Of a stretch of 64,000 nt of DNA, positions 53,408-64,000 are shown piece after piece. The DNA is from Eledone cirrhosa. Taxonomy: Eukaryota. The stretch lies in the NCBI GenBank assembly GCA_964016885.1, contig OZ024743.1:343418001-343482000 (forward strand). Reading direction: 5' to 3'. Under the pieces are notes generated by a model. It was not told the DNA's origin. It worked only from the letters and a program-made list of their open reading frames with translations, and searched no databases. Both the position numbers and the translations under genes were made by a program. Positions within the stretch are counted from its first letter, which is position 1. The number at the start of each line of letters is the position of its first letter.

Positions 53408-54325
53408 CATCCTCATCATCGTTTAACCGCCATCTTCCATGGGTTAGACAGTTTTGTTCCATTTGATGCGGGATTGGTTGGGAGACCGTGTCACGCTTGT
53501 ACGGAAGTGTCTCTGGCAGGTTTTCTACGGCTGGATGCTCTTCCTAACACCAACCACTTTTACAGTGTGGACTGCGAGCCTTTTTACCGTGTCTCCTACA
53601 CAACCACTTTACAGTGTAGACTGGGTGCTTTTTGTTGTCACTGACACAGTGGACGGAAATAGCAGGATGGGGTAGGGTGTGTGGGGTGTATATTGGGTTA
53701 ATAGGTGCCTACTGACTGTAGGTTTGTGTGCAAGGGAAAGTGGGTCTTCTATAAAACTGAATAGCGCCAAAGATCTCGATCCAGTGACGTTGCCTTAGAG
53801 AGGTGTAAGTGAGCAAGGTCAGTTTTTATCACCTCGTCCCAGGTTTTTCTTGGTCTACCCATTTCTTAGCTTCCATCAATTTTCATTACTCTGCACTTTT
53901 TTTATACAGCTGTCGTCCTTCATACTCATCACATGGGCATACCAACGCACTCACCTCTCCAGAACACAACATTTGATACCTATGCTTAGTCTCTCTCTCA
54001 ATTCGTTTATCCTTCGCCGTTCGCTCACATTACTATTACACATCCATCGGAGCATGCAAGCTTCATTTCTTTCTAATCTACACAAGTCTTCAGCAAATCA
54101 CGCCCAGGTGTCACCACCATGTAATAACGCCGTTCGAATACAAGCATCATACAATCTGCCTTTCACTTTTAGAGAGAGAAAAAAAAAAAGAAAACCTTGT
54201 GGTCTACAGCGGTATTAGCTCTCTGAACTTTTTCCATCCCGTTCTAACTCTGGCTACTATTCTTTCAGAGCACCCTCCTCCACTGTGATTTTGTCACCCA
54301 GGTAACAGAAAGTGTCTATTTCTTT
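53408..54325 (-). mobile_element. RTE 3' fragment with a SINE-like 3' UTR; same family as 59221-60228, 60990-61867 and probably 45150-45990
   Basis: KGRLYDACIR/ERNEACMLRWM coding segment followed by a shared spacer and a GGAAG(A/G)GCATCCAGC...(GAT)n tail. Confidence 0.8.
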
Positions 54326-54541
54326 ATGCGTGTGTGTGTGTATCATGACTCATATACTGTTCATTTTCCTGACCTTTATAACATTGCACAACAATTTTCA
54401 TTATCATTATTATTATTTAATGAACCGTTTCCATTTATTGATTGTTTCATCAAATCCGAAATTAAAACGCTATTATCATTTTTTTTAATTGCTGGACGAG
54501 CTTTATTTTAGTGTCGTTATGAATACATCTAAGAAAATTTG

Positions 54542-54742
54542 GGGAATACTTTTTCGACAAATACACTTTATACTTAGAATAAAGTCTAATACGTAATAGT
54601 CAATCAAGTTCCCGTAACTTTTGCATCCAGCCGTTGGAGTGACACTCATCGTGGCTTTGTCACGATGGACAGTCAAACGTCAAGAGTAATACTCCAACGA
54701 CTGGCTGCATCCATTACTGTGTTTTTGTAAAAAAGTATTCTC
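54542..54742. mobile_element. MITE-like element
   Basis: TIRs GGGAATACTTTTTCGACAAATACAC / GTGTTTTTGTAAAAAAGTATTCTC. Confidence 0.55.
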
Positions 54743-55139
54743 GAAATTCCTACTCTCAGAATCGGCTATATGAAGGGCCCAAGAGAAGACGGTTTAATTT
54801 AAGGCTCCAACAATCCTTACACCACCATACCATCTACAAGATAAGACGTATTAGATGCTATACATCGTTTGTTTGCCGATTCAAATATTCTATAAGATTC
54901 TACGTATTTTTCTAATACAGAAACAAGCTTGTAAGTATACTTACATGTAAAGTGAAAACAAAATATATTTATACACCTCAAATACTAATGAAATAACATT
55001 CATATGCACTACAGTTATAAATCATCACTAAAATCAGTTTCTGGTTTTTGTTTGAAGTGACAGAAAAGTGTTATGAGAACAAACAATAAAAATGAGTAGA
55101 CTCATTATTATTGTTGCCGAAACGCATAATAAAACTTAC

Positions 55140-55230
55140 AATCTTTCACTTTATCACAAAGATGCTGTGAAGAATAGCTGTTAGAAGATGGTATCAAATG
55201 AAGAATAAGAAATAAAATAATCACATCCAT
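55140..55230 (-). CDS. NEMP1: NEMP1-like exon 1 (signal peptide)
   Basis: MDVIILFLILHLIPSSNSYSSQHLCDKVKD plus 1 nt; donor T|GTAAGT; phase 1 fits exon 2. Confidence 0.75.
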
Positions 55231-55307
55231 AATTCAAGATATAAAAAATTAATATTTTCAGTGGATAACATTACAAAATATTCCCCGCCAACATCCAGGT
55301 AACTCAC

Positions 55308-55321
55308 TCGCCGCCATATTG
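55308..55321 (-). promoter_or_regulatory. YY1-type motif (AATATGGCGGC) near the NEMP start; also opens a 19-codon uORF (55317-55258)
   Basis: Matches the AANATGGCG consensus; its ATG is 87 nt upstream of the main ATG. Confidence 0.5.
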
Positions 55322-55550
55322 AACAATTTGAATTTTTAAAAAAGTTAAGGGAAATAACTCCCGTTAGCAAACTGCATAAAATTATATATCTTTCTATTAT
55401 CATCTTTATTAGATGGGTAACAATAGAGCTGATTGACCGGTTAGAGCAAATTAAATATTCAAAAAGCACTAGGATATATATAAAGAGTATTTTTTTTCTT
55501 TAATCAGACAGAATGAATATTTTTTATAATTGTTACTTCAACTAAATACT

Positions 55551-57200
55551 TAATAATAATAATAATAATGAAATTATTGTGTAAAGTGCTCAGGTGCGCT
55601 ACAACTCGTCAAAGGTGTATGTATAGTACATAGAATAATACAAAAATGTCAGGGAAGTACATGTGTGTATGTGTTAGCTGTAGTGTTAGCGGATCTCGGG
55701 AAGCATGGTGCCTTAAAGGATGCAGTGTCTCGACAGCCAACAACTGATGCAGGTAGTTTGTTCCATGCTTCAGCAACTCTGAGCGTGAAAAAATGTTTCC
55801 GAAAGTCATGGGAACTGTGGTGTTTTCTTACTTTGTGGGCATGTCCACGTGTGTTAGACACATGGAAATCAAAAAGGTACTCAGGGTTGTTGTTGGCAAC
55901 ATGGTTAACAATTTTGTGGGTGTTTACCAAGTCAGTTGCCAGGCGTCGGAGCTTCAATGTATCCATGCCCAGGGAAGCAAGGCGCTCAGAGTATGGTAGA
56001 TGCCTGATGGAGGGTATTCGCTTGGTTGCACATCTCTGAACAGTTTCCAGGAGGTCAATGTTCTGAGCAAGATAGGGGTTCCAGACTGGTGATGCAAATT
56101 CTAAGTGTGCTCGCACCATAGCCATGAACAGCCTTAAATAGATATCTGGAGAGCGGCTGACAAAGGTCTTGCTGAGTGGTGCTAACACCCTCTTGACAAT
56201 TTTAGAGACGTGCTTCGTCCAACGCAAATCGCTGCTGACCGTAATGCCCAGGTCATGTTCACAAGAAGACTTCTTGATATTAGTGCTGTGGAGGGAGTAT
56301 GTGGACGCTGGGTTTTTACTCCCAAAATGCATGGTGGTGCACTTGTCCACAGCTAGCTTGAGTTGCCAGTCTGAGATCCATTGTTGCATTGTATCCAGGT
56401 CAGACTGCAAGCAAGATCTATAGTGTTCAGGATCTGTCCTTTTTATCTCAAGGTACAGCTTGATGTCGTCTGCGTACTTTAGTACTGTGGCATTCTTTAA
56501 GTTGGCATCTATGTCATTAATATATGCCACAAACAAAAGGGGACCAAGAACAGATCCCTGTGGTACACCAGATGACATCTCATATGGTGAGGAATGCTGT
56601 CCCAGAACCGTGACTACCTCTCTTCGACTGAGAATGAAGGACTTGACACCCATTGCAGAGAGTTTTGCCATAAGTCTTTTGTGTGGCACAGAATTGAAGG
56701 CTTTCGCAAAGTCAAGGTAAACAACATCCACCCATGAGCCGCCATCAGTGATCCGGGTGATGTCCTCAAGAAACTCTATAAGTTGATCACAGCAGCTGGA
56801 GTTGGGGATAAATCCAAATTGCGAGGGCCGGATAAGACTGTGAGAGCTCCAGAAGTTCCAAAGTGTTTCTCTGACACAGGATTCCATCAGTTTGGCGATG
56901 CAACTAGTAAGACTGACTGGACGATAGTTCACAGGTGATGTGCGGTCACCCTTTTTGAAAAGAGGAATGACACTGGCAGTTTTCCACTGTTCTGGAGTAG
57001 CACTGTTGTTCAGACAGAATTGGAAGAAGCGTGATAACTGGTGCAGAAGGGAGTACCCACCATGTTTAAGAAGCAGGTACGTAACACCATCAAGACCAGG
57101 AGAGGCATGGTTGCGTTTATTTTTTAGGTGACGTCGCAGCATTGCAGGTGTAAATTCCATGGTTGTAATAGAGTCCGGTGTCATAGGTAGTGGAGATGGT
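55551..57200 (-). mobile_element. 5'-truncated CR1/L2-group LINE with an open RT ORF and (ATT)n tail
   Basis: 524-aa ORF with NYRPVSLTS, YLDFAKAF, SGVPQGSVLGP, YADD and FTLRVAEAWNKLP. Confidence 0.92.
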
Positions 57201-57421
57201 ACACTCTGGCACAAGGCCAGCAATTTGAAGTCGATTAAATCGACTCCAGTGCATTACTGGTACTTTATTAACGACCCGGTAAAGATGAAAGGCAAAGCGG
57301 GATTTGAACTCTGATCGTAAATATATAATAATTGTTTCTACTTTTGGCACCAGGCCAGCAATTATCCCAGTGTATTACTGGTACTTTATTTTATCGACCC
57401 CGTAAGGATCAAAGGCAAAGT

Positions 57422-58040
57422 TATAATAATAATAATAATAATGCTTTCTTTATTAACCACAAAGGTTTACATAAAGTAGACATTAAGGACAATACAGGAC
57501 AGTACAAATGGGCATTTCTGCGTGTAAAAAAAACAAAAACAGGATGTAACAAAAAAATAACAATGAAAAATTCCCCAATATGGGGGAAACTTCTGAGGGA
57601 CATTCGTGGAGAAAGCCCATTAAAAAACCACAGTGACCCTGACCACCAGGGCAAGTGCCCTCTCCCAGTTTTCCACCTTTAATATACAGACACATACTCA
57701 GTTGGGCCATTCTTGCCTCTCTCACCCATCTTTCAACAAAATGCTGGGAAGAGAGCACTTCCCTCTCTACCCTGATTTTCATTTTCAAATGAAATTTGAA
57801 AAAGTTAATCAGGGCATCACCGAAGAGGTAAGTGCTCGTCTTCAGCCCTTTCAAACGTGTCCACCTTACTATCTCTTTCGCCATGGCCACCAGACAGATA
57901 AAAACTGCCTGCCCTTCCCGGCTAAAGGAAGAGGGCGGGGCAATCCTCACGATGGACTCAGCTGATAGCTGGATCCGTCCTACATGGGACAGCAGGTGTT
58001 CGATATAAACCCACAATTCAGCAATGCTCGGACACTGGAC
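57422..58040 (-). mobile_element. L1/Tx1-like LINE 3' end
   Basis: CPSIAELW...LINFFKFHLKMKIRVERE...FVERW C-terminus, U-rich UTR, (ATT)n tail. Confidence 0.65.
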
Positions 58041-59220
58041 GATAATAATAATAAGCTTGTTCTCATATTTTGATGGGCAGTTAGAACATATTAATTTTCT
58101 GTCAAAATTTCTTGTATGAAAAGAGATATAATAATACAATGCTAACAGAACGAAAGCACAAACAAATATAATATAAAGGAAAGGGAAAGGGAAAACGGAA
58201 AAAAAAAACGAAAGGAAAAGAAAGCGAAAAAAGACAAAAAAAAACACACATCTGGTACCATATACAACAAAAGGACAACCGAGCTGCTACCAGAGTAAAA
58301 GGTAACAGTATCGCAAGGAGCACTGGGAAACCTCTCTAAAGATTTTTGAAGCAAGCCAGCACGCTCATCATTGGGTGATGGTGAGGCTGGTGCGCCCTCT
58401 CTGTTAGTAGTCCAATTTCTCCAAATGTCTCGAACGCCACAGGCTGGAAAATGTAGTTGGCTGACAGATCACGTATTTTAAGATTTTGTTCTGTTTGGCT
58501 GTGGAAACTGTAGCTCTTGCCCTAACCACAGCATCCAGGATGTAGAAAGAAGCAAAAGAGTTTCTAACTATCCCAGACAAGGTATCTGCCTCTCGACCAG
58601 GGGCACAGGGTAAGGCTGTCAGGTCTTTTCCCATCACTTCTGGACATCCCAGATGGTTCCAAGATTGAGGGGATGTTTGCCCGGGTCAAAGATCTCTTGA
58701 GAATAAGGTTTTTTTATGAAGGTGGGGTGGTCATCGTTGTAGTGGAGTTCAACAGGCCAAGATTCAATTGATTCCCTATAAAATTCTTTTTCTATTCATA
58801 ATAATAGTCTAGCTGGCATTTTTGTTGTGTGTATGTGTGCATTTGGGTGGCGTTCTATTATGTCAAAAGTTGTTTTCAGGGTTTGTGAAAATAGCTAGGG
58901 GTGGATATAGAATTTCTTTTGTTTTGTGGTGGGTGTGTGCATGAGGTTTCCTTGTGTCAAGAGATCAAGATTATTTCTAGGGTTTGCAGACAAAAGCAAG
59001 AAGGAAAGTAAAAATGAAAATACAAATATAGGTATAAACATGATTGAAAAGAGTCTGAGGGGGGGGGGTTACAAAGAATAGGTTTCTGAAGGATTTATAG
59101 AAAAAAAAAGAAAGGAAAAAAGGGTTTTAGTAGAGGTTTCCTTGGAGTTATGATTTATATATATTATATATATGTATATATATATACATATATATTATAT
59201 ACACATGTATGTATATATAT

Positions 59221-60228
59221 ATCATCATCATCGTTTAACATCTATCTTTCACGCTAGCATGGGTTTAGACAGGAATTGTCCCACTTGAGGCAAGATTGGT
59301 TGTCTTGCTCGTATAGGACTGTCTGGCAGGTTTTCTACGGCTGGATGCCCTTCCTAACACTAACCACGTTTACAGTGTGGACTGGGAGGTTTTTACCGTG
59401 TTACCTACATGGCCACATTACAGCGTGGACTGTGTGTTTTTTTTTTGTCGTGACACCTACATGGTCTCATTTATTTAGGACTGGATGTTGTGGTACCAAC
59501 ATAACTTTACAGAGAAAGGGGTAGGAGTAGGGGTAGTGGGATGGGGGTGTATTTTTGGTTAAGCGGTGCCTACTGACTGTAGGTTTCGCTTTGTACTTAG
59601 GCAAGGCGGGTCTTTTGTATTACTGTGTAGTGCCAAAGATCTCGGTCCAGTGACATTGTCTTGGAGAGGTGTAAGTGTGTAAGGTCGGAACTTATCAAAT
59701 TGTTTCAGGTTTTTCTGGGTCTGCCTACTCCGTAGCTTCCATTAATTTTGATTGCCCTGCGCTTTTTTATACAGCTGTCATCTTTCATGCACATCACGTG
59801 ACCATACCAACGTAGTCTTCTCTCGAGTAAACAGCATTTGATCCTTCTTATTCCTAATTTCTCACTTAGTTCATTTATGCTTTGCCGTTCACGTATATTA
59901 CTATTATACATCCAATGGAGCATGCAAGCTTCGTTCCTCTCCAGTCTGCGCAGATCCTCTGCACACAATGCCCATGTCTCACTGCCATGTAACTTTGCTG
60001 TTCGTATGCAGGCATCATACAGTCTGCCTTTCATTTTTAGAGAGAAACCTTTAGCGGCCAATAGTGGTATAAGCTCTCTGAACTTTTTCCCGTTCTGAAT
60101 CTGGCTATTGTACTTTCAGAGCACCCTCCACCATTGCTGATTTTGTCACCCAGATAACGAAAGGTGTCCACTATTTCTATAGAACCGTCTGGGCAATGGA
60201 AGGAGCTAGTATCCTGTGGGCACTTGCT
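59221..60228 (-). mobile_element. RTE 3' fragment with SINE-like tail
   Basis: KGFSLKMKGRLYDACIRTAKLHGSETW; (GAT)n end. Confidence 0.85.
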
Positions 60229-60975
60229 ACTTTATATATCTCTAGGGTGGGAAAAATTCCTGAGATCCATGGACGAGTTCTCTCCAGCGGTCTCTGTCTC
60301 TAATTATCGCTGCCATGTCCTGCATCTCCAACAGACCAGTGTCTGTCCTTAGGGCATCAACATACATTAACTTTGGTCTTCCTCTTCCAGTGTGTCCATG
60401 TAGGGGCTCCCACAGAAGCTCTGAGTGCAATGTCAACTCTGGATGTCGGTGAGCATGTCCAGCTAACCTCAGTCTCCTCTCTGTCACTTTTGAGCTGACT
60501 TTTGGGAGGCTCCCATACAGCTCTGAGTTTTTCATCCTCAGTGTATACTGATTAATGTTCAGAGCCATCCTCAGCATTTTCGTGTAGCACCCATCCACCA
60601 TCTGAGTGAGTTTCTTGGTCAGTATCCTAGTCTCAGACCCATACTGCAGCACAGACTCCACTACAGCAATGAAGACGCGGATTTTCAGGTCTTTACAAAG
60701 TAAGGGAGGCAGAGGATTTGATGCAGGAGGTTGGGGCTGTGTCGGTGGGTGTGGGGATGGGAGTGGGTGGGACTAGAACAAGGTGTCTGGTGGGGAGTAT
60801 TGGGAAGCCAGAGGAGATCACTAATGTAGGCGGGAAGCCGCTAGAATTGGTTGAGGACTTCCTGTATTTGGGAGCAAAGATTGGGAATATGGAAGATGAT
60901 GTGGTTGAGAGGAAGAGCAAAGCCTGGGCAGCGTGCCACAGCTTGAGATCGGTGTGGAAGTCGGACTTTATATAT
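60229..60975 (-). mobile_element. RTE insertion with inverted 5' segment; TSD ACTTTATATAT
   Basis: Plus piece 60701-60968 ends ...SVWKSD; minus piece starting at 60700 begins LCKDLKIRVF...; 11-bp flanking direct repeat. Confidence 0.85.
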
Positions 60976-60989
60976 ATATATATATATAT

Positions 60990-61867
60990 CAGGGAGCTAC
61001 TACCACTGCTAGCTGTAAAAGGCTTTTCCCTCAAAATGAAAGGCAGACTGTATGATGTGTGCATATGAACAGCAATTTACATGGTAGTGAGACCTGGATG
61101 CTGTGTGCAGAAGACTTGCATAGATTGGAAAGAAATGAAGCTTGCATGCTCCAATGGATGTGTAATAGTAACTTACGTGAACGGCAAAGCTTAAATGAAC
61201 TGAGAGAGAAACTAAGAAGAATTGGATGCAGTGTGCAGGAGAAGAGACTGTGTTGGTATGGACATGTGATGCATATGAAGGATGACAGCTGTATAAAAAG
61301 GTGCAGAGCACTCAAAGACGATGGAAGCCATAGAATAGGGAGACCCAGGAAGTCTTGGGAAGTGTGATAAAAGCTGACCTCATTCAATTGCACCTCTCAA
61401 AGATGAGGACGCAGGACCGAGATCTCTGGCATTATACAGGCTGAATCTAAAGCATATATATATATATAGTATTCATCACCGCACCCCACCCTCCCATACA
61501 TCTTTCATGAGGAGTGGCTGTAGCATACATCCAGTGAAGCCTCCAGCCCACACTGCAAAGTGGTTCTGTAGGTGTCATGACAAAAAACACCCATCCCACA
61601 CTGTAAAGTGGTCCTGTAGGTGTCATGACAAAAAGCAGCCATCCCACAGTGTAAAGTGGTCATATAGGTGGCATGACAAAAAACACCTAGCCCACACTGT
61701 AAATGTGGTTGACGTTAGGAAGAGCATCCAGCTGTAGAAACCAAGCCATAAACAGTTCTGTGTGAGCAAGACATGGTCATCTGATCCAACTTGCCTCAAA
61801 CTGGACAACCTGTCTAACCTATGCTAGCGGGGAAAAAAAATGGACATTAAACAATGATGATGATGAT
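60990..61867 (+). mobile_element. RTE 3' fragment with SINE-like tail containing ~40-bp tandem units
   Basis: RELLPLLAVKGFSLKMKGRLYD; repeats AAAAAGCACCC..CACTGTAAAGTGG; (GAT)n end. Confidence 0.85.
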
Positions 61868-64000
61868 ATATATATACTTTGCTTTTGTATTTGTTTTGTG
61901 AGATTCTTGATGTAAATTTGTGTGTTGGAACATATTGTAATACTTAGAGTGGGCCATATTGCTAGTAAAAACACATGCTCTAATTGAGTCTCACCTAAGT
62001 TCTGATTTTGTTCTATTTAAAAAGAATGGAATAAATAGAACAAGATCAAAACAAAGAGGAGACAGAGAGGATACAGAATAGTCATTGAGAAGGTCATAGG
62101 ATGTGTGACAAAAAAGCTTTTAAACATCTTAACAACTATCCAGTTACTAAACTAGCCCATAAATGGATTAGTTACTTAACTAATAATTGTTTCTACATTT
62201 GGCACAAGGCCAGCAATTACCCAGTGCATTACTGGTACTTTATTTTATCGACCCCGTAAGGATGAAAGGCAAAGTTGACCTTGACAGAAATTGAACTCAG
62301 ACTGTAAAGGGCCGTAACTCTATGCTGCAAAGCATGGCGTCCGACCTTCTACCGATACTGCCAATCCACAACTAATAATAAACTCCCAAAGTATAACAAT
62401 ATATACATAATTAAGATTGGATTCCTGGTGGGGATTTGGGGATTAAAGAATGGCCATAAGCCAGAAATGCATCGCCAGTTATCTTCTACAGCTTCTGCTG
62501 GAATCCGCTAGCTGTCAGCTTCTAAAATTCATTGCTACCACACAAGCCCCACACCCACCTTGGTCACACCTACCAAACTCACAATGTTTTGCATTGACAA
62601 GTTTGTTATTCGGAGATAGTTTACAGCAACAATAACACCTATTTCGTGGGTCATCTCTGAATAAAATATTTTGTCTATTCTCTGTTTTTGTTTGCTGTAA
62701 TTCTTTTATTAATTAATTAATTATGCAATCTGCACCTGATGTCACCAGGATCTTACGTAACCAGGCCATTGAAATATATATAGTATTTTTTACAACAAAA
62801 ATCTTTAAAGGAACATTACCAGTCTGGCCTCCTGTTGTTTTAATCAAATTTATATATACATATATATATATATCATCTTCATTTTACGTTCGTTTTTCGA
62901 TATGGGCATAAGCTAGACAGGTATTCATGGTTCCAGATGAGACAGGTTTGAGAGTTGTGTTTTGCTGATATCTTTAATTTTTGGCATGGTTTCTACTGCT
63001 GGATGCTTTCTTAACCACAAGCACTTTCCTGAGTGTACTGGTTGCATTTACTGTGACACCAGAATTTGGGAATCAAAAAAGAGAAGAGAGGAATATTCAG
63101 TCATCTCAAGGGCATGACAGCCTCTCTAGTATTGGTATCATGATAAAATGTACAAAGTAAACTCTGTAAAGTGATTGTGTGTAAGGAAGGGAATCTATTA
63201 TTATCATCATCGTTGTTTTTATATCTGCTTTTGCATAGGTGAGACCAAGACTTTTTTATATTTAGTATGCTATACACCGATTAGCTTCATTGAATCACTG
63301 AGGCTAAATTGAAACATTTGAATAATAGTTAAACTGGTTTATTGAGTATTAAGCACAAATTGAAGGTAGTCAATTTAGGTAATTACCTGGAACATCACTA
63401 CAGTGCACCACATAATGTTATCTATAACTGTTGCCACAGGGAAAAGAAACTTTAGTAAACTAAAGTTTATATAGACATATTTAGGGTCATCCATAACACA
63501 ATTCTTTCCTAATATAAAAGGATATTGTAAAAAGTCATATGCAAATGTTTGCAGATCTAGTTTTAGGTAGGATAATCTGTTTTTCAGTATCTGTTTTGTT
63601 CATATTCTTTACTTGATAAGAAGACAGTTCATTACATCTAGAAATCAATGGCACACTTCAGACTTTGTTTCACCCATCTATCTAAGAACTCAGAATTTAT
63701 TTGTAACAAAAATGTGGCATTATTGCCATGACTGTAGATAACCTCTTTCTCACTAGAAAAGGTCGAAACTATGATAGTATGATTGTATTGTCTTGTATAT
63801 TGTAGTAGACATGTTATTTTTATGATATATTTGTAGGTTTTCTTCCTTGTGAAAATCTGTAAACACACTTTTTTAATTGCAGGCTGCCACACTGTTAACT
63901 TAACTGTGTATCTATGCGAAAAACCTCATTCACTATCAAAGTCAGTGAACTGGCAACATTGAGGTTCCGCAAGACAAGATCTTTGAATGAAATTTAATTA

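Noticed and set aside
55231-55317. Read-through N-terminal extension of NEMP from the in-frame upstream ATG
   Set aside because: Further in-frame stops (TAA, TGA) lie between the uORF stop and the main ATG.
62479-62517. In-frame TGA as selenocysteine in the Cys-rich frame
   Set aside because: No SECIS or homology is recognisable, and the exon itself is unproven.

Overview
AT-rich eukaryotic genomic DNA, not prokaryotic. The SINE and RTE-LINE content suggests a coleoid cephalopod such as Octopus (inference). Two minus-strand host genes are supported. One is a complete 8-exon NEMP1/TMEM194-like gene (55230->24434, 1245-nt CDS, 414 aa, all introns GT-AG and phase-consistent). The other is the first coding exon of a GALNT2-like gene (2897->2808) that runs off the left edge. 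The rest is largely mobile DNA: RTE-clade LINEs (one young copy with a PHD finger inside its RT ORF), CR1/L2-like and L1/Tx1-like fragments, a Gypsy-type LTR element, a solo LTR, a Penelope GIY-YIG fragment, a mariner, another DNA transposon with a long open ORF, MITEs and tRNA-derived SINEs. Most notable are (i) an RTE insertion with twin-priming geometry whose inverted segment looks A-to-G hyper-edited, a possible genomic fossil of an ADAR-edited RNA; (ii) a cluster of hammerhead ribozyme motifs in tandem and inverted Penelope/retrozyme-like units; (iii) a LINE-SINE pair with a shared tail; and (iv) a possible signal-peptide-less NEMP isoform. Repeat family names come from recalled motifs, not database searches, and boundaries of decayed repeats are approximate.
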